This document shows positions 10,183 through 20,955 of a DNA stretch of 64,000 nucleotides, piece after piece (position 1 is the first letter of the stretch; every line of letters starts with the position of its first letter). The stretch is from Candidatus Babeliales bacterium. GTDB taxonomy: Bacteria > Babelota > Babeliae > Babelales > JANWKD01. The position numbers were made by a program, and so were the translations under genes. The stretch is from assembly GCA_963722255.1 (NCBI GenBank), contig CAVRJO010000002.1, positions 576,001 to 640,000 of the forward strand, given 5' to 3'. A model generated the notes under the pieces. It had not been told where the DNA came from. It was given only the letters and a program-made list of their open reading frames with translations, and made no database searches.

Positions 10183-10815
10183 ATGAATACATTAAAATCA
10201 AATAACGATTTAACAAATCTATTTCAAGCCGATCCTACTGATCTTATATCTGAGGCAAGTAAGCTTTCTGAGGTTTTAAATAATATTTCAGATGTATTGC
10301 AAGCTATTGAAGATAATTTAAGAGAGATAAATGCTAACTTTCCATTTCACTTGGAAGAAGAAAAAGATCCTGAATCAAATCCAAAAAAACCCGAATTATA
10401 CCACGGCGATTTCCCATTCGATATTGTTGGTTATCGCACTCAAATAGTATGGAGCATCTCTTGGGAAGAAGATGAAGCTTCTGAAGAAGGAAAATTTAGA
10501 TTATTTATAACAGCAGAAGAAAAAGAAATCGTTTATTACAATATTCCAGGTAATGACCCTGATGACATCAAACCCACAATATTTCAAACAAAGCTGATCT
10601 TTAAAAGACCTCTAAGACAGACAAAAATTCCAATAAGACTTCGAGTTTCAAAGCATTTAAATACCTTTATTAAAGCTTTTGAAAATCATTTAAAATCATA
10701 TCGTAATGCAATTGAAAAAGGTGATTTTTCCTTCATTAGATTGATTTTCAATCCTATTATTAAACTTTTAATTTTTAATGTATTTGGCAAATTTTATAAA
10801 TTGGAAAATTTATGA
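10183..10815 (+). CDS. Hypothetical protein
   Basis: 210-aa ORF; ATGA overlap with the downstream HNH gene. Confidence 0.65.
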   Translation: MNTLKSNNDLTNLFQADPTDLISEASKLSEVLNNISDVLQAIEDNLREINANFPFHLEEEKDPESNPKKPELYHGDFPFDIVGYRTQIVWSISWEEDEASEEGKFRLFITAEEKEIVYYNIPGNDPDDIKPTIFQTKLIFKRPLRQTKIPIRLRVSKHLNTFIKAFENHLKSYRNAIEKGDFSFIRLIFNPIIKLLIFNVFGKFYKLENL

Positions 10816-11558
10816 TTGGTAGAATTTTTGGAAAATGGACATAATCGAAAAAATCAAACGGGAAGGGTTTCGATCAACTTATTATACTTGCCAATGTGAA
10901 TGTGGCGCATTGAAGCCAGTCAAAGCACATAGCTTACAGAATGGATTGTCAAAATCATGCACATCATGTTCTAATTGTAGATTAAATAAAACCATTGCTT
11001 ATTAATGGCACTCAATATGGAAGATGGACCATTATTAAATATCACGTTCAACATGAAAGGGATCATACACAGATGTACTTAGTGCGTTGTAAATGTGGAA
11101 TGAAAAACATCTAGGACGCCATACTCTGACTTCTGGTAAATCAAAGCAATGTCAATCATGTGCGGGTAAATCAACCTTTGAGAAAACTGGCCCTAAAAAT
11201 AAAAAACATTTGTTAAGTAATACTCGCACTTATAAGCGTTGATCAGGAATGCGTGAGCGCGTAAGAGGCTATACTGAACGTGATAAACGTGTTTATAAAG
11301 ATCGAAATATAACAGTTTGTGAGCGATGGAATAATTTTGAAAATTTTTTTGCTGATATGGGCGAATGTCCCGAAAATATGCAACTTGATCGTATAGACAA
11401 TGATGGTAATTAATGAACCTGGTAATTGTCGTTGGGTAAGTCGATCAGAAAATGCAAATAATAGACGAATAAGTATTGCAAATAGAGATAAATATATTAC
11501 CGTAAATAAAAATAGATTATGTGAAATTTGTCGTTGTTTTAAGTTTGACTTCATCTAA
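10812..11558 (+). pseudogene. Phage-type HNH (homing) endonuclease pseudogene
   Basis: [62 protein letters not shown]; in-frame TGA near 11240 plus frameshifts. Confidence 0.85.
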
Positions 11559-11872
11559 GGTTAAGAAGTTTATCAAACCCTGTTTAATTTTTAGGACAAA
11601 ATCAATACATTTATTACTAATCTCACATCTGATTTAACATCTGCAATAATTGCAGCAATACTAGCGTGATCATTTTTTGTCGACTCATACTATAAAAGAA
11701 CAACGTAAATTAATTGCAATATTAAGAGCCCTCAAAAACGAATTTGATTATAATTCTATTCATAGAGGCAATAAACAAAGTCCATTTCAAGATTATTGGT
11801 TAAAACAAGCTCTATCTATGCCAGAATTTTACGAACTTTGTAACCAATATTACAAGATAGTCTAGAGATTTC

Positions 11873-13039
11873 CTTAACACCTGACAATTTTAAAAGTAAG
11901 CCCTAAAGGGGGAATTTCCAGCAATGACAGTGCGGCTTTCAGAAGAAAGCGAATACCTTTTTTGAAAAAGGAAGTTAAACTGCGCGCAGTTTTTTTTAGA
12001 ACGTTTTGCACGCTCAAGATCTGGCTGCATGCCGGTGGAAACAGCCCAATAATAAGCAACACTTAAAACAAGAATAAGACGTTCTATTCGTTCTGCATGG
12101 CGTAACTGAGTAGTAGTGATATCAAAGCCTCTTGATTTAAAGTAAGACATAGGCTCAATAGACCATCGCATGCCATAATCAAGAACTTTATATTCGGTAG
12201 GAACACAATCCATAGCAATGATCCAAGGTTCATCTTTGCCTTCATCTTGTAGTGCACGAATGTTAGTTTACGCCAGAAAATTCAACTGAACATTGCACAA
12301 CGATGTTTGTTTTAATCTGATAAGCTCGCCAGAACTAATTCCCCACCATGATGAAAAAGAATAAGATTACCTTTCAAGCGAATGCGGTATCGCCATTTGA
12401 AACTTTGACATAATTGGATAAGCGCAGGATTCCCATAGAATCTATCCGCCATTAAAATAATTTTTGCATAGCTTGGTATGTTAGCAAACACCGCCTCAAG
12501 CAGTTGTTTTTGAATGGTAAAGCCAATTTCTCCTTGCGTTTTAATTACTCGCCATGCAACAGGAATAGCACGTTCTCCAATTCGCAATGAAACCATAAGA
12601 CATTCAAATTCTTTATTGATTTGACTTTGATCCATTGATAAAACAATGATCTGGCCATTTGCATGTATAAGTTCTATTAATTCAGGGATAAAGCCTTCTA
12701 GTAACGTATCACAATCAATTTTATCATTGGCAAGCCAACGATTAATATAGCGATAACGCTCCTCATCACTTTTGACTTTTCTTGGCAGCACTGTTGCTAA
12801 TTCTGATGTGTTAACATTGCGACATGTTATTACTGATGCTGCTAAATCTGCCAAACCTATCCTTTGTGGCTTGCTTAAACGTATAACTCTCTCTGCTAAA
12901 TCTTCTTCGATAACTTTTGCCAAGTGTATTATTGATCCACCCATCATTCTCACCTTATTTACTCCTTTGTTTTTCACAAAGTATACACTTTTTGCAAAAC
13001 AGAGTCTTTGATCAGTGTTAAATTTTGTCAGGTGTTAAG
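11873..13039 (-). mobile_element. IS4-family element, 1167 bp
   Basis: Terminal IR cttaacacctgacaa/ttgtcaggtgttaag; 9-bp TSD AGAGATTTC at 11864-72 and 13040-48; the empty site is visible in copy 1 (~375-383). Confidence 0.93.
11890..12977 (-). pseudogene. IS4-family transposase, frameshifted
   Basis: LSMDQS, MADRFYG, YGMRWSIEPM..KSRGF (YREK-like) split over ORFs 12312-12977 and 11890-12213. Confidence 0.85.
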
Positions 13040-13499
13040 AGAGATTTCTGAATTAATTAATGATGCTAATATAGAACAATTGGATAAGAAAAAGGGACAA
13101 TGGTACATCATTGGTTCCTAGTGATGTCCAGGATTTAATGAAAGATGTTTCTTCTAAAATTGATAAATTACTTCCAAATTTAAAAAGACGTACTAAATTT
13201 TTTGGTTTCTATTTACTTTTTTTTCGTGCATGAAGAGTTCGAACACCTGAAGAATCAGCATTAGGTTGCTTTATCATTGTAGGCTTCTAACCTTGGAACA
13301 TTTCTTTTACTTCAGCTTTTTGTTTTGTTCGCGTTTTAGGCGTAACCTTAATAGTAATATCTTGGTCCAAGATATTTAAAAAACGAAAAAGTCTTTCAAG
13401 AGAAATCAACTAATTTTTGATACTTAACGCAAATACTTTTGTTGATCAATTTGTAGAAGAGCTTACTTGTATCAATGTCAGCCTTTTGAGTACTAATCA

Positions 13500-13811
13500 T
13501 TATTTTTTTCTTTTAAAAACATCTTGCGGCTCTTTTCCAAGCAATGCCAAAATATGTGCCAAACTAGAGACGGTTAAATTAGCTTCACCCTTTTGTATTT
13601 TTGCTACATGTGCTGGGCTTGAGTCTAGGCGTCTAACCAGTTCATTAAAGCCAATGTTATTTTTGTTCATATAATCGGTCATCGCATCTGATATCGATTT
13701 TTGTATAGATTGAAGAATTTTAATTTCCAACAGCGCTTGTTCTTCAATTTCAGCAATTTCATCTTTATCAAGGCGTTTTTCAAAGTATTCTTGAAAACTT
13801 TTTGTTTTCAT
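13500..13811 (-). CDS. HTH antitoxin
   Basis: IGFNELVRRLDSSPAHVAKIQKGEANLT HTH; downstream of a RelE-like gene. Confidence 0.85.
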   Translation of the reverse strand: MKTKSFQEYFEKRLDKDEIAEIEEQALLEIKILQSIQKSISDAMTDYMNKNNIGFNELVRRLDSSPAHVAKIQKGEANLTVSSLAHILALLGKEPQDVFKRKK

Positions 13812-13837
13812 AATATTTCTTTTACTGATTTTTTCCC

Positions 13838-14156
13838 TTAGATTTTTGACAATCGCTCCCTAGCGATCTTCATATCTCTTTCTTGGCTTGTTTTATTTCC
13901 AGCTGCTAGCAGAATAATCAAATGTTTGCCAGAAAATCCATAATAAATTCGATAACCATATCTGCGATCTCGCAATTCAAAAAGTCCATCACCTAAAGGC
14001 CTGCTATGTGGCAATCTTAATTCGTTACCAACCTCTCTTAACATTCTTAACTCTTTGGCTACCGACTTAAGCTGGTCTTGGTCAATTCATCAAGCCACTT
14101 TTCAATGGAGCTTTTACCTTTTGCGCCATCCCAATATTCGATCTGCCATTACTCAT
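13838..14156 (-). pseudogene. RelE/ParE (HigB-like) toxin with 5' frameshifts
   Basis: LPHSRPLGDGLFELR..YRIYY..LLAAGNKTSQERD; N-terminus WQIEYW..IEKWLDEL lies in other frames. Confidence 0.8.
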
Positions 14157-14280
14157 AAGTATTTCCTTTAGATGAACAATAGTTACTACTTTATAGTATA
14201 CTACTTTAGAAAGAAGTTCGCAATAATATCATTTATTTCTGTAAACTAACTTGGAATTAGATTTAGTAAACAATAACCTA

Positions 14281-15133
14281 GGTTCTGTGAACCAAATTTT
14301 ACCTAAGCCAAATTAAGGTCCCTACAAAATATAAAAAAGATAAATAAGATTGAGAAGATTTATCGAATCGCGAAAAATCCTACGAAAATGTTTAATTTTT
14401 CCGAAAAAACATTCGATGGAATGTCGCTCTTTGTAAAGATGAACATCATAGTCACGAGGCTGCTTACGATTTCTACGAGGAGGAATTTCTGGCTTACATC
14501 GTTGATCTTTTATGCTTTCAATGAAATGATCAGCATCATAAGCAGTATCTCCAATGATAGAAGCATCTACAATACCAGTGCTCAGATTTTTTGCTTGAGT
14601 AATGTCATGTCGTTGACCGGGTGTTAAAACAAATTTTAGTGGATTTCCCAATGCATCAACCAAAGCGTGTATTTTTGTTGGAAGCCGCCCTTGCTACGTC
14701 CTAACGCCTCTTGTTCTTGAGTATCTTTACCATATCCAGCTGCACATGCATGTGCTCTAATAACTGTAGAGTCTATCATTGCCCATTCCATATCAGGATC
14801 TTCTTGAAAACTTTCAAATAGTTTTTTCCAAATATTACGTTTATTCCACTGCTTAAATCGCTTGTGAACAGCTCGCCAACTACCATAATAAATTGGCAAT
14901 AATCTCCATTGGCAACCGCTTCTGCATATGTAATATATTGCCTCTATAAATTTACGTAATTTTTCAATAGACTTCTGTGAATCCCTTTGATGCTCATTAA
15001 AACATTCAATATTTTTTCAAAATCTGTATCATTAATTAGGTAATGCATTACAAGCTTCCTTTTGTTTTTTTAGTTGATTAACAAAGGAAGCTTATCTTTT
15101 TTTAAGCATTTTTTAAATTTGGTTCACAGAACC
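14281..15133 (-). mobile_element. IS5-family element (IS427-group-like), 853 bp, broken transposase
   Basis: 19-bp IR ggttctgtgaaccaaattt/aaatttggttcacagaacc; TA on both flanks; SGCQWR, IDSTVIRAH, GDTAYD, YKERHSIE motifs in several frames. Confidence 0.92.
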
Positions 15134-15489
15134 TACATTAAGGTAACCTGTAGCGAGTTTTGATGACTTTTGCTCCTGATATAACTATCAGACAATCCGG
15201 ATAGGTTTGATAAATAGCTGCTGCGAGCATTACTTTCGAATCTTTTTGCGGTCTTTCAATTTTAGATTTTTTTCTGGAACAATATTTTAATTTCATTGTA
15301 GATTATTACAATTAAACCCTGAGGGTAAATGTGAAAGTAGCACTAAATTTGGTATCACTTGTTGCAGAAAATTTGATGGTTATATTCAGTATCATGAAAC
15401 AGTGCTTAAAAACATTTGGGCAGCAGTACACACAAAAACAAACATTAATAATATGTACTTTATTCGTGTTTATATCTTTCAAGTTTGGC

Positions 15490-16421
15490 CAATGACGTTT
15501 TAGCAGGCTACCTTCATTCTCAGTATCAATAATGATAGCACGCCATGTTCATCGCTAAAAATATTATCATACCCAACATCAAAAGGAGTTTCAGCAATAA
15601 GTGTTTATCATCACCATATGCTTCGACACTAAATGGCTTGCCATGATTCACTTGTCTTTCTGCCAAAACAACAAGCCGATAATCAGGTGAATAACAATGA
15701 ATTTTTGCTTTAACCTTACTTGCAATTACAGCCACTTTATTATCTCATCTATAATTGTCCTTGCCTGATTGCCTTTAATCAACTCATCTGTTGTTCTATT
15801 TTTCACAAACAAAAACTTACGTGGTAAACGATTATGTGATAATCCTTGTTGCTTAATAACTCGTTGTAACTCTGTATAGGTAAAAAGCCGATTAAGGGCT
15901 CTTCCTTTTTCAATAAAGTTGCTACTCATACATTCAACATCATCTGCTGCTATAAAAGACTTAAGAACAATTTTTGCGCTTTCCAATAATAAAGGAACAT
16001 CATCAAATACCACTTTTTTGTCTACATATTCATGTATTAAGCCTCTTTGTATTAATTCAGGTATATCTGCTTGCCCCGCTGCTATTTTCCGATTGAACTT
16101 CGGCTCGATTTTTAAGTACCCGAACAGCCTTATGCCAATCTTTATTATTCCATGATTCAGGCTCATACATAAGAATCATGTTTGAATCAGGAATACAGTT
16201 ATGTGTTTCAAAAAGCTTCTGGAGATTTTTATCATCAAAAGATTCGCTCAGTTGTTCTTGAGGAATATATAATAGCCAAGGTGATTCCCATTCATAAAGC
16301 TTTTTTAAAGATTCATTAGTAACTTCACCTTGTTGCTGTTCATTGCTTGCAACAGTGAACCTTCGCATATACTATCAATGCCCAACAACACTGATACTAG
16401 TAATATTAATTTTCTTATCAT
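15490..16421 (-). pseudogene. Secreted hypothetical protein split across frames, possible kinase-like fold
   Basis: GAGG RBS then MIRKLILLVSVLLG; fragments 16057-16368, 15726-16166, 15526-15735; DVGYDNIF..IIDTE near the end. Confidence 0.5.
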
Positions 16422-16797
16422 ATAAAAACCTCATAGTTATAATAAAATTATAATTTATTTTATTATACTATAAGAAAATAAGAGTGGAAAGTTTGTATGA
16501 AATATATGGTAAACTACTGATAAACTGCTTCAAAAGTATCAGTTAAAAAGAAGCCGCAATACCTGCCCGTAAATCAAAGCCTCCAGGATTCATTTTTTTA
16601 TTCTGTTGTGATTGGCGAGGGAGCACTGAATTTTTCCTATCACAATCAACTCCATATAAAAAATAACAATATATATCCACTTCAAATCTTAAAAAAGCCA
16701 TGCCCTTTCATGTCAATAGAGTGACACAAGAATATTTACATTGTTTTATGATTTTTTGAATAATAGTTAATAAAGGGAAAAAATACTAGGGGTACAA

Positions 16798-17991
16798 ATG
16801 AAAAAACTTACCATATTTTTCTTATGTTTATTAATAAGTATCGTTTGCTTTTTTGTTGGGGTAAAACAGTTTTGTCATCAAGATGATCAACTCTTTGCTC
16901 AAAACCTATTATCTCAAGCAGATATAACTATTAATGGGAACAAACCCTATGATATCGTAGTACACAATAATCAACTCTATCCTGCAGTTTTAAGTAACGG
17001 ATCATTGGCTCTTGGCGAGGCCTACATGGATAATTGGTGGGATTGTGCATCGCTTGATAATTTTTTTTATCGCATTGCCCGCTCTGATGTCTACAATAGG
17101 GTTCCCAAAAATATCAGTTCTCTTTGTATGTATTTACAAGCAAAGCTTATGAATTTGCAATCTCAATCACGGGCATTTCAAGTTGGTGAGCAACATTATG
17201 ATCTTGGTAATGATTTATTCAAGGCTATGCTTGATAAAAATATGTTCTATTCGTGCGCTTATTGGAAAAATGCAGATACCTTAGATAAAGCACAAGAAAA
17301 TAAATGTGAGCTTATTTGCAAAAAATTGTACCTGCAACCTGGTATGAAACTTCTTGATATCGGTTGTGGTTGGGGTGGATTGGCATTATATGCTGCAAAA
17401 AATTATGGTGTCAAGGTAGTTGGTGTTACTATCTCCAAAGAACAAGCCGATTATGCTCGAGAAATAACAAAAGGTTATCCCATTGAGATACGGTTGCAAG
17501 ATTATCGAGATATAGATGAATCCTTTGATCGCATCGTAAGTGTCGGCATGTTTGAGCATGTCGGCTATAAAAATTATGCCACCTTTATGAATATCTCTCA
17601 CAAGTTATTAAAAGATGGAGGGTTATTATTACTCCATACTATTGGCAGCAATAGTTCGCAACCCCATGGTGATCCTTGGCTTAATAAATATATCTTTACA
17701 AACGGCATGCTTCCATCTATAGAACAGATCGCACAAGCAAGCCAAGATCTTTTTATTATGGAAGATTGGCATAACTTTGGTGCTGATTACGATAAAACAT
17801 TAATGGCTTGGAATGCAAATTTTGAAAAAAATTGGCCTCAATTAAAATCCTCATATAATGATCGTTTTTATCGTATGTGGAACTATTATTTATTATCATG
17901 CGCAGGAATATTTCGCGCACGAGCTATACAGCTCTGGCAAATAGTTTTCTCTAAATCAGGAGTATTAGGTGGTTATATATCGGTTCGATAA
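16798..17991 (+). CDS. cfa: Cyclopropane-fatty-acyl-phospholipid synthase
   Basis: HYDLGNDLF, YSCAYW, LDIGCGWGG, VSVGMFEHVG, RMWNYYL. Confidence 0.97.
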   Translation: MKKLTIFFLCLLISIVCFFVGVKQFCHQDDQLFAQNLLSQADITINGNKPYDIVVHNNQLYPAVLSNGSLALGEAYMDNWWDCASLDNFFYRIARSDVYNRVPKNISSLCMYLQAKLMNLQSQSRAFQVGEQHYDLGNDLFKAMLDKNMFYSCAYWKNADTLDKAQENKCELICKKLYLQPGMKLLDIGCGWGGLALYAAKNYGVKVVGVTISKEQADYAREITKGYPIEIRLQDYRDIDESFDRIVSVGMFEHVGYKNYATFMNISHKLLKDGGLLLLHTIGSNSSQPHGDPWLNKYIFTNGMLPSIEQIAQASQDLFIMEDWHNFGADYDKTLMAWNANFEKNWPQLKSSYNDRFYRMWNYYLLSCAGIFRARAIQLWQIVFSKSGVLGGYISVR

Positions 17992-18218
17992 AATCTAGTT
18001 TGTTATGTAAGAAAATGAAAGAATTATAGAATGAATCAAACTCTTAAAATAATTTTATGTATCATATTTCCACCATTATTATTTTTTTATATTATTCGTT
18101 GGTTTGATAATAACCACCATATTTTATAATATAATGAGGTCTGATTTTAAAATTGATTTTCTTTACGTGGCATGGTAAATTCCTACAAACTATTTTTTTC
18201 ACATTTAGGATAGAGTAT

Positions 18219-18857
18219 ATGAAAAATATCATGCAATTACATTCAAAATACCTTTTTATTGCAATACCTTTATTGATGAATTCTTGCACTTTTTTTGCAA
18301 TGGAAGAAACTGATGGATCAAAGATAAATGAAATTGTTGTAACAAGATTTTCACGCGAAGATGAATTTTTCACTATGCTCCAGACCCATGTTAAAAAGCC
18401 TTATTCTATATGCAGAGGTGGATCCATGGGCTTGTCCTATCATGATAATGATACAAATACAGAATCTTATCACCCTAATCATGCAATGCTTCATGTTCAT
18501 AATCCAATATTAACGGTTTATGTATGCACTAATAAAGGTAAACAAAGAGCATTTATGGGCGAACCTTATACATTTCTTTCTTTTTCATACAAACGAATGA
18601 ATAAATCAATTGTATTTGCAATCGCTTTATTGCAGTCATCAAAAAAAGATTTTAAACTTACGCAAGAAAAAAGGATGAATAGTGAAGAGTTGTTTTCTCA
18701 AATAAGTTCAAAGCTCAATGTGACAAATCTAAAAAAATATTTTATAGAAACTCCCCCTAATAAATATTCTCAATGCTCTGCTGTTATTTTAAAACCTAAG
18801 GATGCATCATATTTACTTCTTCAGGATGGTCAGACAATTAATTTTCATAATTCATAA
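18219..18857 (+). CDS. Secreted hypothetical protein
   Basis: Signal-like LFIAIPLLMNSCTFFA-MEE; start uncertain. Confidence 0.6.
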   Translation: MKNIMQLHSKYLFIAIPLLMNSCTFFAMEETDGSKINEIVVTRFSREDEFFTMLQTHVKKPYSICRGGSMGLSYHDNDTNTESYHPNHAMLHVHNPILTVYVCTNKGKQRAFMGEPYTFLSFSYKRMNKSIVFAIALLQSSKKDFKLTQEKRMNSEELFSQISSKLNVTNLKKYFIETPPNKYSQCSAVILKPKDASYLLLQDGQTINFHNS

Positions 18858-18946
18858 CTTAGAGTATGGATGGCATTCTCCAAATACCATTCTGGAGGGA
18901 CAAGCCTAAAAAAGGAAATTACTAAAATTAAAAAACTATATAAACT

Positions 18947-19639
18947 CTATATCTCTATCTCAAGGCCATCATAACCAACAATGATCTCTATACTATTTTC
19001 ATGAGCTAATTTTTTAAATTTTTTTCGTGCTTCTTGTATATCTTTGTAAAACCATGCACCAAAATGAATAAACAAAAATTTGTTGGTAAATTTTTTAAAT
19101 AGATTGATTAAATTAGGTACGCCCGTATGCCCAAAAATTTCACCCGTTTCCTTTTTTCTTCGTACCATACCGCCTTTGCGCATAAAGCTTGCTTCGGTTA
19201 TCACCAAATCTAAACTACCAATCAGATCATAATATTTTTTTTCAATCCAAATCATATCACCGGTATACAATATCCTTTTTCCTTTATGCTCTAGTAGATA
19301 TGCAGTAGATTTTACTTTTATACTATGTACAGTCGGTATGGGTCTGATAATATACTTACCAATTTTAAATTGCTTATCGGTAATAGTAATAGATAAATCA
19401 TCATATTTTTCTGGAGCGTAGATTGGAATAGTTATTGTTTGATTTTCATGAGATCTGACAAAATAAGCATGATCCGGATGCAAATGGCTTATTAAAATAG
19501 ATTGTGGTTTATAATTCAAAAAACTTTCATCACCACAATCAAGCAATAATTTATTATCTATAAGGACACCCGATTTTTTTGAATGGTATGGCGCCGATTC
19601 TTCAATCTCCCCACGCGTTCCTAAAACTTTGATCTTCAT
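18947..19639 (-). CDS. MBL-fold metallohydrolase
   Basis: LGTRG, DCG, SHLHPDH, YTGD, GH, HFG. Confidence 0.88.
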   Translation of the reverse strand: MKIKVLGTRGEIEESAPYHSKKSGVLIDNKLLLDCGDESFLNYKPQSILISHLHPDHAYFVRSHENQTITIPIYAPEKYDDLSITITDKQFKIGKYIIRPIPTVHSIKVKSTAYLLEHKGKRILYTGDMIWIEKKYYDLIGSLDLVITEASFMRKGGMVRRKKETGEIFGHTGVPNLINLFKKFTNKFLFIHFGAWFYKDIQEARKKFKKLAHENSIEIIVGYDGLEIEI

Positions 19640-19835
19640 AGCGCTGACTTATACCGCTTTTTTGTTTTAATTTTTAGTCATTGTCTCTAAACAAAATTGT
19701 AACTCTCTACAGTAATAAAAATCTATAAATTGCTATTGTTCTGTCTAAATTGCAAACTTTTTGTTTATTAAAAAGAACTTTGCAGATTTAACAACAACCA
19801 AAAAATAGCAATTATACACTATTTAATTATTTTTA

Positions 19836-19865
19836 TTGACAATTAGAATTATGACTTGCTATACT
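19836..19865 (+). promoter_or_regulatory. Sigma70-type promoter
   Basis: TTGACA-18 bp-TATACT with extended -10 TGn. Confidence 0.65.
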
Positions 19866-19994
19866 AAATAGTAGAAGATGGAGAGGTAGCAAAATGAAGC
19901 TAAGTCTTTGTAGATCGAAAGTACTATAAAGAAACATAAAGTCAGATTTATGAGTCTCCTTCTTTAAATTTTTTTTAAACATGGGGAGTTAGTC

Positions 19995-20150
19995 ATGGCA
20001 AAAAAATTAAATATTAAATTAGAAACAAAAGTTGTAAAACCTTCGGTTACAACAAATAATAAGATGCATTTTTCAAGAACTGCGTCACAATCATCGATAA
20101 ATAAATCAGAAGCCTCGAGAACAAAATCTTCGAATAAAAAATTATATTAA
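19995..20150 (+). CDS. Small basic protein (51 aa), not in the ORF track
   Basis: GGGGAG RBS; MAKKLNIKLETKVVKPSVTTNNKMHFSRTASQSSINKSEASRTKSSNKKLY. Confidence 0.6.
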   Translation: MAKKLNIKLETKVVKPSVTTNNKMHFSRTASQSSINKSEASRTKSSNKKLY

Positions 20151-20221
20151 TAAAATCAAAATTTTGGTTTGGTCTAATCCTTTCATTAATTTATTCTTTC
20201 TTGGTGTACATACTATTACTA

Positions 20222-20866
20222 TTACTTTAAATAATGCTTAAACCAATGTAATGCCCTCTTTGCAACTTCTTCTAAAGTCCCTTTTTCTTCAAACAAATGG
20301 GTAGCCTTTGGAACAATAGAAAGATCTTTTGTACAGGTTAATTGTGTAAAAGCAGCTTTATTAAGCTCAATAACGTCATAATCTAATTCTCCAACTATCA
20401 ACAACGTTGCAGCTTTTACCTTACTTAAATAATCACCAGCCAAATCAGGTCGACCTCCCCGAGAAACAACTGCTAAGATTAAACTTGGCAATTCAGATGC
20501 AGCAATTAAAGCGGCTGCTGCTCCCGTACTAGCTCCAAAATAACCCAACTTCAAATGTTTTGTACTACTATTTGATTGTAACCATTGCGTCACCATGACA
20601 AGACGCTCAGCAAGAAGATCGATATCAAATCTAAATTGCCGTGTAACTTGATCAATCTTATCTTCTTCCGTGGTAAGCAGATCAAATAAAAAAGTGGAGA
20701 TAGAACCCCGATTTAAAAAATCTGCAACAGAACGATTTCGGGCACTCAATCTGCTACCGCCACTTCCATGGGCAAAAACAACCAAAGCTTGTGCATTTTT
20801 AACTAAGGTTAATGTGCCAAAAATATGGGAATCATTGATGGGAATTTTTATTTCTACATGATTCAT
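20222..20866 (-). CDS. Dienelactone-hydrolase-family alpha/beta hydrolase
   Basis: FAHGSG.SR.S.RN, GYFGASTGAAAAL, VSRGGRPDLA, ATHLFEE. Confidence 0.92.
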   Translation of the reverse strand: MNHVEIKIPINDSHIFGTLTLVKNAQALVVFAHGSGGSRLSARNRSVADFLNRGSISTFLFDLLTTEEDKIDQVTRQFRFDIDLLAERLVMVTQWLQSNSSTKHLKLGYFGASTGAAAALIAASELPSLILAVVSRGGRPDLAGDYLSKVKAATLLIVGELDYDVIELNKAAFTQLTCTKDLSIVPKATHLFEEKGTLEEVAKRALHWFKHYLK

Positions 20867-20955
20867 AAAACTCCTTATTTAGTATATTGCTTTTCTAATA
20901 ACAGTATCTTTATACTTATGCTTTATACAATAATATCTTTGTTAATAAAGGTTTT

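Larger units (their letters stand above)
11494..13490. repeat. Degenerate copy 2 of 1-~840, interrupted by an IS
   Basis: Colinear identity on both sides of the IS; lost start codon, premature stop and deletions. Confidence 0.9.

Noticed and set aside
11243..11554. Minus-strand 103-aa ORF
   Set aside because: Antisense to the HNH pseudogene
1..16421. Intact prophage
   Set aside because: No structural, packaging or integrase genes are visible
19873..19963. Hammerhead ribozyme, c-di-GMP riboswitch or tRNA
   Set aside because: No CUGANGA core, no GGCAAA/GCAAA riboswitch layout, and no T-loop or acceptor features
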